From Bacteroidales bacterium (lineage in GTDB: Bacteria; Bacteroidota; Bacteroidia; Bacteroidales; UBA932), in contig JALCST010000008.1 in assembly GCA_022653675.1 (NCBI GenBank), forward strand, positions 18,234-82,233: a stretch of DNA of 64,000 bases. The letters run 5' to 3'. The position numbers and the translations under genes are program-made. The notes beneath the pieces were generated by a model that was given only the letters and a program-made list of their open reading frames with translations, did no database searches and was not told the DNA's origin. The first letter of the stretch is position 1. Each line of letters starts with the position of its first letter. Below, in pieces: positions 49,992 to 59,123 of this stretch.

Positions 49992-50022
49992 TTTGCATTT
50001 AAGCTCAAAAGCGTTACCTTTG
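49992..50022 (+). promoter_or_regulatory. -33 TTTG / -7 TACCTTTG promoter upstream of rpmH
   Basis: TTTG (49992-49995), a 19-nt spacer, then TACCTTTG (50015-50022). Confidence 0.5.
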
Positions 50023-50056
50023 CAATCCGTTTTGGAACAAACAAAAAAATCATAAT

Positions 50057-50209
50057 ATGAAACGTACATTTCAGCCATCGCAGCGTAAGAGACGCAATCT
50101 TCACGGATTCCGTGCAAGGATGTCTTCGCGCAACGGTCGACGCGTGATAGCAGCTCGCCGCCGCCATGGACGCAAAAAACTGACTGTCTCTTCCGAAGAC
50201 CTCTTTTAA
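50057..50209 (+). CDS. rpmH: 50S ribosomal protein L34 (50 aa)
   Basis: My translation is [50 protein letters not shown]. It is below the ORF-track cutoff. Confidence 0.93.
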   Translation: MKRTFQPSQRKRRNLHGFRARMSSRNGRRVIAARRRHGRKKLTVSSEDLF

Positions 50210-50240
50210 AAGAACAATTCAATTGTATTTAATAAGTTAG

Positions 50241-50270
50241 GCTCTTTCACGCAAGTGGAGGAGCTTTTTT
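50241..50270 (+). terminator. Rho-independent terminator after rpmH
   Basis: GCUCUUUCAC-GCAA-GUGGAGGAGC (10-bp stem including two G-U pairs, GNRA loop) followed by UUUUUU. Confidence 0.55.
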
Positions 50271-50289
50271 AATTTATGATAATAATTGC

Positions 50290-50297
50290 TACTTTTG
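50290..50297 (+). promoter_or_regulatory. -7 box TACTTTTG upstream of the PASTA-domain gene
   Basis: Exact TAnnTTTG 25 nt upstream of ATG 50322. Confidence 0.4.
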
Positions 50298-50321
50298 CTG
50301 CGATTAAAACCTGCTTTCGAC

Positions 50322-51185
50322 ATGGATCCTGACAGAAACAGAAGGAATAGTTACGGAAAGACACATCCCAATAAAAAAGGAGGGAAAAAATCCCCAAAAG
50401 GGGAAAAGGGACCTTCCATTTTGAGAAACATAATCTGGGGAATAATAGTGGTGTTGGCTATAGTTCTAGTCGCTAACGGGATTCTCGGCTTGGTGACGAG
50501 GCATAATCGCGAGATAACCGTCCCTTCGTTCGCAGGCATGGCCATGGAACAGGCCGTGATTATGGCGGATAGCGCAAAGGTGCGTCTGGATATCACCGAT
50601 TCGGTCTATATGCCGAATATCCCGCGCGGAGCCGTCTACTCCCAAAATCCACCTGCAGGCAGCAGGGTAAAAAAAGGACGCAGAATCCTGATAACTCAGA
50701 ATGCAAAGGTACAGAAAATGGTAGAGATGCCGGAAGTGGTGGGGTTCTCGCTCAGGCAGGCGAAAACCGTGATTGCGTCAAGTGGGTTGCAGGTCGGGAA
50801 GCTTATATATACCAGCGATATGGCAACTAATAACGTTCTCGCACAACAATACGGAAGTAAGGATATACCCGGAGGTAAAAAGGTCCCTTTCGATTCGGAG
50901 ATCGACCTGGTTCTCGGCTTGAACGAAAACGACTCCCAAACTTATGTCCCGTTTGTCATAGGATATGACTACTCGGTCGCAAAAAACATGCTTCTTGACA
51001 ACTCACTCAACGTAGGAAGAGTTTTTTACGACAATTCGGTCAGGAACTACGCCGATTCGTCTAATGCCGTAGTCTATGGCCAAACCCCCTCCTATTCCGA
51101 CGAAGTCACATGCAGCCGCGGCGCGAAAGTGAACCTTTATCTTTCCACGGACCGTACAAAGCTGAAAAATAAAGATGGAAGATAG
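50322..51185 (+). CDS. Single-pass membrane protein with three extracytoplasmic PASTA domains
   Basis: Basic cytoplasmic N-terminus, one TM (IIWGIIVVLAIVLVANGILGLV), then three repeats of the type VP.F.G......A.......L........V....P.G.V..Q.P.AG..VKKG..I. Confidence 0.8.
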   Translation: MDPDRNRRNSYGKTHPNKKGGKKSPKGEKGPSILRNIIWGIIVVLAIVLVANGILGLVTRHNREITVPSFAGMAMEQAVIMADSAKVRLDITDSVYMPNIPRGAVYSQNPPAGSRVKKGRRILITQNAKVQKMVEMPEVVGFSLRQAKTVIASSGLQVGKLIYTSDMATNNVLAQQYGSKDIPGGKKVPFDSEIDLVLGLNENDSQTYVPFVIGYDYSVAKNMLLDNSLNVGRVFYDNSVRNYADSSNAVVYGQTPSYSDEVTCSRGAKVNLYLSTDRTKLKNKDGR

Positions 51186-52236
51186 GATAGAAGAGGATTT
51201 TAACGAAGAAGAACTTTACGAACATTTCCGTTTCGTGGTCGACAAGGGACAGACTCCCATGCGGGTCGACAAATACATAGCAGACCACATGGAAAGCACA
51301 TCCCGCCACAGGGTTCAGCTTGCTATTGAAGCAGGTTACGTGCGCTGTGGAGACAAGATATTGAAAGGCAGCTATAAAGTCAAACCTGACGACATCCTTT
51401 CACTTCTCTTGCCATACAAGAGACATGAATCCGAACTAACATCCGAAAACATTCCGCTCGAAGTGGTCTACGAAGATGACGACGTCCTGGTAATAAACAA
51501 ACAGGCGGGACTTGTCGTCCATCCCGGATTCGGCCATTTCAGAGGCACCCTCCTCAACGCACTCGCCTATCATGCCGGAATTCCGGCCGGAGAAAGTGCG
51601 GAAGGGGATACGAGAATGCCCCTACTGGTCCACAGAATAGACAAGGACACTTCCGGGCTTCTTTTGGTAGCCAAGAACGATGATGCCCAAATATTTTTGG
51701 CATCGCAATTCTTCAACCACACCGTCGAGCGAAAATATGTGGCGATGGTATGGGGCAACCTTACGGACGACTCCGGAACAATAGAGGGAAATATCGCGCG
51801 GGATCCGAACGACAGGCTAAGGTTCAAGGTTTTCCCAGATGGAGAGAGGGGCAGGCACGCCGTAACCCATTACAAAGTGATCGAAAGGTTCGGCTACGTA
51901 ACGCTTGTCGAATGCGTTCTCGAGACCGGAAGGACGCATCAGATCCGAGTTCACATGGACTATATCGGGCATCCGTTGTTCAACGACGACCGATATGGAG
52001 GAAACCGCATATTGAAGGGTACCATATATTCCAAATACAGGCAATTCATAGACAATTGTTTCGAAACAATGCCCAGGCAGGCGTTGCATGCGAAGACGAT
52101 AGGGTTTGTGCATCCTTCTACAAAACGGATTATGCGCTTCGATTCCGAACTGCCGGAGGATTTTTCCGCGCTGATCGGGAAATGGAAACGTTATACTGAT
52201 GGAAACGAAGCCGTAAAGGCTATAAACGGCAAATGA
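51175..52236 (+). CDS. rluD: 23S rRNA pseudouridine synthase, RluD family
   Basis: S4 domain (MRVDKYIADHM), catalytic HRIDKDTSGLLLVAK and GRTHQIRVHM. Confidence 0.9.
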   Translation: MEDRIEEDFNEEELYEHFRFVVDKGQTPMRVDKYIADHMESTSRHRVQLAIEAGYVRCGDKILKGSYKVKPDDILSLLLPYKRHESELTSENIPLEVVYEDDDVLVINKQAGLVVHPGFGHFRGTLLNALAYHAGIPAGESAEGDTRMPLLVHRIDKDTSGLLLVAKNDDAQIFLASQFFNHTVERKYVAMVWGNLTDDSGTIEGNIARDPNDRLRFKVFPDGERGRHAVTHYKVIERFGYVTLVECVLETGRTHQIRVHMDYIGHPLFNDDRYGGNRILKGTIYSKYRQFIDNCFETMPRQALHAKTIGFVHPSTKRIMRFDSELPEDFSALIGKWKRYTDGNEAVKAINGK

Positions 52237-52237
52237 T

Positions 52238-52726
52238 ATGGCTAAGATCCAAAAGACAAATGCGGCCCGCCTGCTCGATAAGGCAGGCATCCCATACGAA
52301 ACGGTAGGTTACCGGATCGATGAAAACGATCTTTCCGCCGTACATGTGGCGACCCAACTGGGCGAAAATATGGATACCGTCTTCAAGACTCTGGTACTCG
52401 AAGGGGACAGGACCGGATATTTCGTTTGCATAATTCCGGGAGAAAGGGAAGTCGATCTGAAAAAAGCAGCAAAGATTTCGGCAAACAAGAGTTGTAACAT
52501 GATTCATGTCAAGGATCTGTTATCGGTAACGGGATACGTACGCGGAGGATGTTCCCCCATAGGGATGAAGAAAAGATTCCCGGAATACATACATGAAAGC
52601 TGCCTACGCCTTCCATACATATATGTCAGTGCCGGAATCAGGGGCTTGCAGCTTAAGATGAAGCCGGCGGACCTGATTTCATTCATGGAAATCACCCCCG
52701 CCGACATAATATCCGTTAATGCTTAA
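52238..52726 (+). CDS. ybaK: Cys-tRNA(Pro)/Cys-tRNA(Cys) deacylase YbaK
   Basis: KTNAARLLD N-terminus, KTLV, and the GGCSPIG motif of the YbaK/EbsC family. Confidence 0.88.
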   Translation: MAKIQKTNAARLLDKAGIPYETVGYRIDENDLSAVHVATQLGENMDTVFKTLVLEGDRTGYFVCIIPGEREVDLKKAAKISANKSCNMIHVKDLLSVTGYVRGGCSPIGMKKRFPEYIHESCLRLPYIYVSAGIRGLQLKMKPADLISFMEITPADIISVNA

Positions 52727-52732
52727 TCTCCT

Positions 52733-55684
52733 TTAAAATCTCGGAGGGCCCCCGAAACCACCCGGTCCTCCAGGTCCACCGTGCATTCCCCTACCATGTC
52801 GCCGGCCCCCTTCGGGACGCTTGAAAGTTCCGAACCTGTACGTGAATGACAGCATCACATAACGTCCCAAAGTGTTGTTCCAGGTATCCTTTACATAATT
52901 GTCTGCGATCGACCTGTAAAGGTTTTTGCTCTGGTCAAGAAGGTCATATACCTTGACTTGTACCGTCCCCGAACCCTTGAACAGGGTCTTGGCTACGGAG
53001 GCATTTATGACAAGCGTAGGATCGCTGTATGTCGCTACATATCCTTGGTAAAAAGTATAGTTAGCATCGGCGACCAAAGCCCATGTTCCCGGAGTGGCAT
53101 TGACGCTCGCTGAAATTCCATCTGTGAACGAAGGTGCCACATTGGTATTCTTATTATCATACCAGGACTGATTGTATGACAGTCTGCCCCCCAGGGTGAT
53201 TTCTATTATGTCGTTACGGTAAACACCTCGAAGATTCATCATGGCACTCAAACTTTGGTAATGGTTCACGGTATAATTTGCCATATCGAGATAAGATTCG
53301 GAATCGCTTCCATCTATAGTTCTATTCCCGACATAACTGAGGGATTTGCTGTAATTGGCGAATGCGAAGGTCATGATGGAGAACTTGCTCTTGGCGATTG
53401 GAGCATTGAACATCAACCTGTCGTTCAGAGAAAACGTCCCTTCGTCATTGTTCATAGGAACGGTATACTCAACCCCCGAATCATCGTCCCAGGAACCGTT
53501 TACAATGCTATTGACATTGTAGGTCGCATCCAAGTTGGTATTGAAAGATGAAAAAGTGTCCATGTTGGTGGAATTGTACATGAACATCAGGTTGTGCGAG
53601 AAGGTAGGCACCAGACCGGGATTTCCGCGGGTTATCAATGTCGGGTTGGAATTGTCCTCGACAGGCTGCAACTGCGTTACGGTAGGCTGCGTCGTATTGC
53701 CGCGATACCGGATGCGCAGAGACTTGTAATCGGTGAAATCGTAATCGAAACGCGCCTCCGGAGAGAAATTCCAGCGTAGGGTATCGATGTGGATGTTATT
53801 GTCGCCGTAAGTTGTGGTATTGATTATTCTGGAAGGTCTTGCAGCCGCGCCTACGGTCAGGTTATACTTGTCTTCCTGCTTCATGAAATTGATTCCAATA
53901 CGCTGGTCGATGCCCTTGTTGTCGATCCGATTCGAATACGTGCTGTTCGGGATATCGTAAGTACCATTGGCGGCATCGTAATCATTGGTGACCTTATTGG
54001 AAGTGTTGTACGAATAGCCGTAGGAGTATACTCCCTGAATGAAGAAATTCTTTCCTAAAGGTTCGTTATAGGTCATCCTCGCGGTAAGGCTGTAGGACTT
54101 TGCGTTCGTATTGTATTTCTGGTCTACTATGCTGGAATCGGTTACATTAGTTCCGTCACCATAGGTATAGGTAGCAGATTTGTTAAGTCCGTCGCTGATA
54201 TCATTGTCGGACAGAGAATACCTTAAGTTAAGGGATATCGTTCTTCCTGCTTTGCCGAGGCGTTGTCTCCAAAGTAAGAATCCGCTTCCACTCTTGGAAT
54301 TGTTATACCCTGCCGAACGGCTCTCTCCTTTGTTGACATTGGACGTCGCCTCTTCACCTGCAGCTTGTGAATTCGTATTGTAAGTCTCGTTTTCATCGAA
54401 ACTGCCCCAGCCGAAGTTGAACGAAGGTTGAAAAATGAAAGAGGTGTTTTTTGATACTTTCCATACTCCCCTGCCGCCTGCATTGATATTGTAAGTTTCC
54501 CTGTTACTGGTTCCGTTGGAATTGTAAAGCAGCGTCGAACCGTCTGCCTGGTGAATTGTCTTCGAAGTACCTTCTTCGATATAACGGTTATCGCCGCTCA
54601 ACATCGTATTGACCATCATTTCGGATTCGTTATCAAAGGTCTTACCTCCGTTGAAACCTGTCATATAGGATGTCGTGATGCCATTACCCTGAAAACCGGC
54701 GCGGCCGCCGCCGCCCATCCCTCTTCCACCTCTTGCGGAAGACATCATGCTCGAAGCCATATCGGTGAAGCCACGGTTATTGGTATTGTTGGCATTACCT
54801 ATGAAACTCAACTGGTTATCTTCGTTGAACCGAGCCACTATACCTGAAGCCTGGAAACGCGGGCTATTTTCTGTCACGCTCTGATCAATGACAGAAGATT
54901 CTTCGTCAGACTGTCCGGATCTCAAATCGTATCCTCCTCCGCCCGACAGGCTGCCGAACCAACCATTCATCATCCCCTTCATAACATTAAGGTCGATTAC
55001 AGTTTCATCGTTCCCATCCTCTATGCCCGTAAATTCCGCCTCGTCCGATTTCTTCTGGAGAACCTTGACCTTTTCGACTATATTGGCCGGGATATTCTTG
55101 GATGCAAGCTGCGGGTCGTTGAGAAAGAACGTCTTGCCGTTGATTGTAATCCTGGATACCGTCTTGCCGTTAACCGTGATGGACCCGTCTGATGAAACTT
55201 GCACACCAGGAAGCTTCTTTAGCAGGTCCTCTAGCATGTCGTTGTCGGTGGTCTTGAAAGACGAAGCCTGATATTCAATTGTATCCTTCTTGACTATTAT
55301 TGGATTGCCCACATCGGAAACTACGGCACCGCTCAGTGCATTCACCTCTTCGGCCATTTTAACATCTCCCAGATCTACAGTCACGTTCTTATCGAAGGTA
55401 ATCTCTTCTACATGATCCTTGTAGCCTAAAAGTTCCGCTTTGAGAGTATACGTTCCCTTCTTTATTTTGCCTATTGTAACCGTCCCTTTGTCATCGCTCA
55501 ATGCATACTTGTGCGCAATTGTCGCTCCCTTGGCCGTCAGGGAAACGGTCGCAAATTCTATGGCGTCGCCGCTGCCCTCTTCTATCAACTTTAACTTCAA
55601 AGTGTAATTGCCAACTTGCGCAGACAAGGTAAAAACGGTGCAAAAGAGAAAAAGCACCGATAAACGTGCTGCTTTTGAAAACAT
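52733..55684 (-). CDS. Outer-membrane beta-barrel protein with an N-terminal CarboxypepD_reg-like domain and a TonB-receptor-plug-like region
   Basis: Signal peptide. Ig-like domain (YTLKLKLIEEGSGDAIEFATVSL...GTYTLKAELLGYKD). Plug-like IEYQASSFKT...LEDLLKKLPGVQV. Long Asn/Tyr/Ser-rich barrel. Gly-rich C-terminus ending ...GGPPRF. Confidence 0.8.
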   Translation of the reverse strand: MFSKAARLSVLFLFCTVFTLSAQVGNYTLKLKLIEEGSGDAIEFATVSLTAKGATIAHKYALSDDKGTVTIGKIKKGTYTLKAELLGYKDHVEEITFDKNVTVDLGDVKMAEEVNALSGAVVSDVGNPIIVKKDTIEYQASSFKTTDNDMLEDLLKKLPGVQVSSDGSITVNGKTVSRITINGKTFFLNDPQLASKNIPANIVEKVKVLQKKSDEAEFTGIEDGNDETVIDLNVMKGMMNGWFGSLSGGGGYDLRSGQSDEESSVIDQSVTENSPRFQASGIVARFNEDNQLSFIGNANNTNNRGFTDMASSMMSSARGGRGMGGGGRAGFQGNGITTSYMTGFNGGKTFDNESEMMVNTMLSGDNRYIEEGTSKTIHQADGSTLLYNSNGTSNRETYNINAGGRGVWKVSKNTSFIFQPSFNFGWGSFDENETYNTNSQAAGEEATSNVNKGESRSAGYNNSKSGSGFLLWRQRLGKAGRTISLNLRYSLSDNDISDGLNKSATYTYGDGTNVTDSSIVDQKYNTNAKSYSLTARMTYNEPLGKNFFIQGVYSYGYSYNTSNKVTNDYDAANGTYDIPNSTYSNRIDNKGIDQRIGINFMKQEDKYNLTVGAAARPSRIINTTTYGDNNIHIDTLRWNFSPEARFDYDFTDYKSLRIRYRGNTTQPTVTQLQPVEDNSNPTLITRGNPGLVPTFSHNLMFMYNSTNMDTFSSFNTNLDATYNVNSIVNGSWDDDSGVEYTVPMNNDEGTFSLNDRLMFNAPIAKSKFSIMTFAFANYSKSLSYVGNRTIDGSDSESYLDMANYTVNHYQSLSAMMNLRGVYRNDIIEITLGGRLSYNQSWYDNKNTNVAPSFTDGISASVNATPGTWALVADANYTFYQGYVATYSDPTLVINASVAKTLFKGSGTVQVKVYDLLDQSKNLYRSIADNYVKDTWNNTLGRYVMLSFTYRFGTFKRPEGGRRHGRGMHGGPGGPGGFGGPPRF

Positions 55685-55768
55685 AATATTGGTTTAAAAT
55701 GAATGATACTTAAAAAACATCAACAATTAGACGAGCAAAAGCGAAGAAAGTTAAATGACACATAAAAA

Positions 55769-56335
55769 TTATTTTACACGGTCATTATGGCTCTTTACGA
55801 ACTCTTCCCAATTGGATGATCCCGATCTGTCAGTGATAGGATTGGTCAACTGATAAAAATGGCACATGGCTATTCCCAGCGCATCGGTCGCATCGAGAAA
55901 CTTGGGTTCTATGGAAATATCGAGTGTCTTGCACAATATCAAAGCCACTTGCTCCTTCGATGCGCTGCCACGCCCAGTTATTGCCATCTTGACCTTACGC
56001 GGAGAATATTCAAAAACAGGTATCTGTCTTTGAAGGGCGGCCGAAATGGCCGCTCCTTGCGCCCTTCCCAATTTAAGCATGACCTGAGGGTTCTTGCCGT
56101 AAAACGGAGCCTCTATGGAAAGATCGTCGGGGGAATATCTGTCCATCAGACCGCCGACCTCGTCAAAGATTCTTTTCAGTTTGATAAAATGATCCCTTTC
56201 CTTTCTAAGATCTATGTAACCGGCATCGACGAAATGGGCACGGCGTTCGTCGACAAGGATGACGCCATAGCCGAGAATATTCGTACCCGGATCGACGCCC
56301 ATGATTATACGCTGTTTTTTAGAGCTTTCTGCCAT
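55769..56335 (-). CDS. ruvC: Crossover junction endodeoxyribonuclease RuvC
   Basis: RIIMGVDPGT..LGYGVI catalytic Asp, SIEAPFYGKNPQ and ATDALGIAMCH. ATG 56335 was chosen. It overlaps the serS 3' end by 17 nt. Confidence 0.9.
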   Translation of the reverse strand: MAESSKKQRIIMGVDPGTNILGYGVILVDERRAHFVDAGYIDLRKERDHFIKLKRIFDEVGGLMDRYSPDDLSIEAPFYGKNPQVMLKLGRAQGAAISAALQRQIPVFEYSPRKVKMAITGRGSASKEQVALILCKTLDISIEPKFLDATDALGIAMCHFYQLTNPITDRSGSSNWEEFVKSHNDRVK

Positions 56336-57611
56336 TTCGGCCGTTGATTCGATCAAAACCGGTATATGGACGGAGAATCTCGGGAATCATGATGCCGCCG
56401 TCATACTGGTTGTTCTCCAGCAATGCCGCGACTATGCGTGGAAGAGCAAGCGAACTGCCATTAAGGGTATGTGCGAGCTGGATCTTGCCGTTTTCATCAC
56501 GATATCTGAGTTTGAGACGATTGGCTTGATAGGATTCGAAATTTGAGACGGAACTGACTTCAAGCCAGCGTTTCTGGGCTGCAGAAAAAACCTCGAAATC
56601 GTAAGTTATGGCGCTTGTAAAGCTCAGGTCGCCGCCACAAAGCCTGACTATCCTGTAAGGAAGGCCTAGATCCTTAACCAATGACTCGACATGGTCTACC
56701 ATACTGTCGAGAGCATCATAAGATTTATCGGGGAGGGAAAGCCATACGCACTCCACCTTGTCAAACTGGTGCAGACGGTTCAATCCCCGCACATCCTTAC
56801 CGTAGGAACCGGCTTCGCGGCGGAAGCACTGGGTAAAAGCGGTCATTTTGATCGGGAATTCGCTCATTGGAAGGATTTCGTCACGATAAATGTTCGTAAC
56901 TGGAACTTCAGCAGTAGGAATCATATAGAAATTGTCAAGCCCTATGTGGTACATCTGCGCCTCCTTGTCAGGTATCTGGCCCGTTCCGAAGCCGGAAGCC
57001 TCATTCACCATGAAAGGAGGCTCCACCTCAAGATACCCGTCGGCTACGTTGCGGTCCAGGAAAAACTGGACCAAAGCTCTTTGCAGCTTGGCTCCCTGCC
57101 CGATATATACCGGGAAACCGGCCCCTGTGATCTTGACACCTAGATCGAAATCGATTATGTTGTATTTCCTGGCAAGTTCCCAATGCGGAAGGGCACCTTC
57201 CGGGAGCTTGACTTCCGGACCACCCGTCCTGACCACCAGATTCTCGCTGGAATCCTTTCCTTTCGGAACGAGCTTGTAAGGGATATTAGGCAACAAAACT
57301 ATCTGGTCGAGCATCTCCCTCTCTGCTTTTTCGAAATCGGCATGCAATTCATCCGACTTGCTCTTGAGACCGGCAACAGAAATCTTGGCGGCTTCAGCCT
57401 CCTTTTTTTTGCCTTCACGCATTGACCTGCCTATTTCGCCACTCAAGGTTTTCTGCTGGGCAAGATTGGCGTCGAGTTCACCCTGAAGGTTACGACGTTC
57501 CCTATCGAGTTCGAGTACTTTGGAAACTATGGTGGTGGCATCGAAATTTTTAACTTTTAGACGTTCAATAACGAAATCTGGGTGTTCCCTGAGAAGTTTG
57601 AGTGTAAGCAT
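56319..57611 (-). CDS. serS: Serine--tRNA ligase
   Basis: MLTLKLLREHPDFV N-terminus and coiled-coil arm. Class II motifs FRREAGSYGKDVRGLNRLHQFDKVE and TLNGSSLALPR. The ORF-track start at 57617 is TTG, and I use ATG 57611. Confidence 0.95.
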   Translation of the reverse strand: MLTLKLLREHPDFVIERLKVKNFDATTIVSKVLELDRERRNLQGELDANLAQQKTLSGEIGRSMREGKKKEAEAAKISVAGLKSKSDELHADFEKAEREMLDQIVLLPNIPYKLVPKGKDSSENLVVRTGGPEVKLPEGALPHWELARKYNIIDFDLGVKITGAGFPVYIGQGAKLQRALVQFFLDRNVADGYLEVEPPFMVNEASGFGTGQIPDKEAQMYHIGLDNFYMIPTAEVPVTNIYRDEILPMSEFPIKMTAFTQCFRREAGSYGKDVRGLNRLHQFDKVECVWLSLPDKSYDALDSMVDHVESLVKDLGLPYRIVRLCGGDLSFTSAITYDFEVFSAAQKRWLEVSSVSNFESYQANRLKLRYRDENGKIQLAHTLNGSSLALPRIVAALLENNQYDGGIMIPEILRPYTGFDRINGRNGRKL

Positions 57612-57633
57612 TTTCAATTACCTTTAACGGGCG

Positions 57634-57641
57634 CAAAGATA
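57634..57641 (-). promoter_or_regulatory. -7 box TATCTTTG upstream of serS
   Basis: Exact TAnnTTTG on the minus strand, 23 nt upstream of ATG 57611. Confidence 0.45.
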
Positions 57642-57663
57642 GCTATTTCAGAACAAAATGATT

Positions 57664-57671
57664 TACATTTG
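57664..57671 (+). promoter_or_regulatory. -7 box TACATTTG upstream of the orphan glycosyltransferase-like gene
   Basis: Exact TAnnTTTG 18 nt upstream of ATG 57689, implying a very short leader. Confidence 0.4.
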
Positions 57672-57688
57672 CAAAAAATGATTCCTTG

Positions 57689-58537
57689 ATGATAAAAAGG
57701 GTGGCGGCGATAACGACTTCGAGAAACAACCCCTTCTTCGCTTCAAAATGGCTTGAACATTACGGCCGCGAATTGGGGAGGGACAATCTTTACATGTTCC
57801 TGGATGGCAAAGATCAAAAGATACCTCCAAACGCCGGAGACGCACACATTACCGTCTGCGAGCATACCAAAGAAAGCGTGGCAGCCGGAGACAAATCCCG
57901 CGTGAACCGGGTCAACGAACTTGCTGCAAGACTTTTCAATAAAGAAGGATACGACATGGTGATAGGATGCGATGCGGACGAATACCTTATATTAGATCCC
58001 GATTGCGATGCCACCCTTACAGAATACCTCAGCCGGCTTCCGGACAATTACGCATCCGTCTCCGCCCTGGGTATCGACGTGGGGCAAAAAACAGGTACAG
58101 AGGCTCCACTCAATTGCGAAAAACCGGTTTTGGAACAGCGCGGTTTTGCAGTACTATGCTCCCGCTATACGAAACCGGTAATAATGTTGCATCCCTCCCG
58201 CTGGGGATCAGGTTTCCACAGAATCGAAGGGCACAATTTCCACATAGACGGAAATCTTTACCTATTTCATCTCGGATACTGCGATATGGAAATGTTGAAG
58301 AGCCGTCTGAACGACGGCAGCCTGATGGAAGCCGGTTGGGAAAGGCATCTGGGCAGGCGTGCAAGGACAATAGATTTTTGTACGAACAAAAAACCATTCG
58401 ACGGCGATTCTCTCTTTCCAAAGACAAGATGGATGCAAAGTACATTCCGTCCTTTCTATGCATGGAACAAACCGGGAAAGTTCGGCAGACATATCGTCAT
58501 AACCATTCCGGACAGGTTCCGCACAACCGGACTGTGA
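57689..58537 (+). CDS. Glycosyltransferase-like protein (GT2/GT92-like fold, DxD motif)
   Basis: The N-terminal beta strand VAAITTSRNN and the CDADEYLIL acidic motif are typical of Glyco_tranf_2_4/GT92-type enzymes. No TM segment is present. The family call is tentative. Confidence 0.55.
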   Translation: MIKRVAAITTSRNNPFFASKWLEHYGRELGRDNLYMFLDGKDQKIPPNAGDAHITVCEHTKESVAAGDKSRVNRVNELAARLFNKEGYDMVIGCDADEYLILDPDCDATLTEYLSRLPDNYASVSALGIDVGQKTGTEAPLNCEKPVLEQRGFAVLCSRYTKPVIMLHPSRWGSGFHRIEGHNFHIDGNLYLFHLGYCDMEMLKSRLNDGSLMEAGWERHLGRRARTIDFCTNKKPFDGDSLFPKTRWMQSTFRPFYAWNKPGKFGRHIVITIPDRFRTTGL

Positions 58538-58550
58538 CTGTCCACGATAC

Positions 58551-58584
58551 AAAAAAAAGGGCGGCCCCGACGGGGCCGCCCTTT
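58551..58584. terminator. Bidirectional rho-independent terminator between the glycosyltransferase-like gene (+) and rpmA (-)
   Basis: aaaaaaaaGGGCGGCCCC-ga-cGGGGCCGCCCttt. The GC stem is about 10 bp, with an A-run on one side and a T-run on the other. Confidence 0.65.
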
Positions 58585-58603
58585 CATCTTTTACAATACC
58601 GGA

Positions 58604-59104
58604 TTATTCTTTTTTAGGAGTCTCCTTTGCTTCCGGTGCCTCAGCAGGTTTTTCCGCCTTCGGAGTCTTGGGTTTCGTACTCTTTGCGGCGGTTTTCTTC
58701 GCGGCGGTTTTCTTCGCCTTCGGTTTCGCCGCGACTTTCTGTGCCTTCGGCTCAGCCTCTGCCTTCGGAGCTTCTTCCTTTGGCCCTTCGGCAGGAATCT
58801 CGCTCTTCTTCTCTGCCTGAGGAGATTTTTCGGCAGGAGCCTCGGCTTTAACCGCAGGAACTACGGAAACGTAGGACTTGTCCTTGCCCTTTACGCGGAA
58901 AGTGACTACACCGTCACATAGTGCATAGAGGGTATGATCACGCCCCATTCCGACATTATCACCCGGATAATGGACCGTACCACGCTGACGAACCAGTATG
59001 TTGCCTGCCTTGCAGACCTGGCCTCCCCAAAGTTTGAGGCCTAATCTTTTGCTGTGGGATTCACGTCCGTTCTTCGAACTACCTACACCTTTCTTGTGTG
59101 CCAT
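58604..59104 (-). CDS. rpmA: 50S ribosomal protein L27 with a long Lys/Ala/Pro/Glu-rich C-terminal extension (166 aa)
   Basis: Canonical bL27 core [22 protein letters not shown]...[25 protein letters not shown]. About 84 extra residues follow ([17 protein letters not shown]...[42 protein letters not shown]). Confidence 0.93.
   Translation of the reverse strand: MAHKKGVGSSKNGRESHSKRLGLKLWGGQVCKAGNILVRQRGTVHYPGDNVGMGRDHTLYALCDGVVTFRVKGKDKSYVSVVPAVKAEAPAEKSPQAEKKSEIPAEGPKEEAPKAEAEPKAQKVAAKPKAKKTAAKKTAAKSTKPKTPKAEKPAEAPEAKETPKKE
58686..58715 (-). repeat. Perfect 15-nt tandem duplication inside the rpmA tail coding region
   Basis: gcggcggttttcttc occurs twice in tandem (58686-58700 and 58701-58715). 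It is in frame and encodes the repeated KKTAA unit. Confidence 0.9.
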
Positions 59105-59123
59105 AATTCTTTGTCTCCTTTAA

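Noticed and set aside
58607-58858. Short tandem repeats (and 34500-34600 in rho) as a possible CRISPR or minisatellite array
   Set aside because: The repeats are in frame within low-complexity coding tails (KKTAA units in rpmA, EKEQ units in rho). There is no repeat-spacer periodicity and there are no cas genes. I treat them as coding low-complexity sequence.
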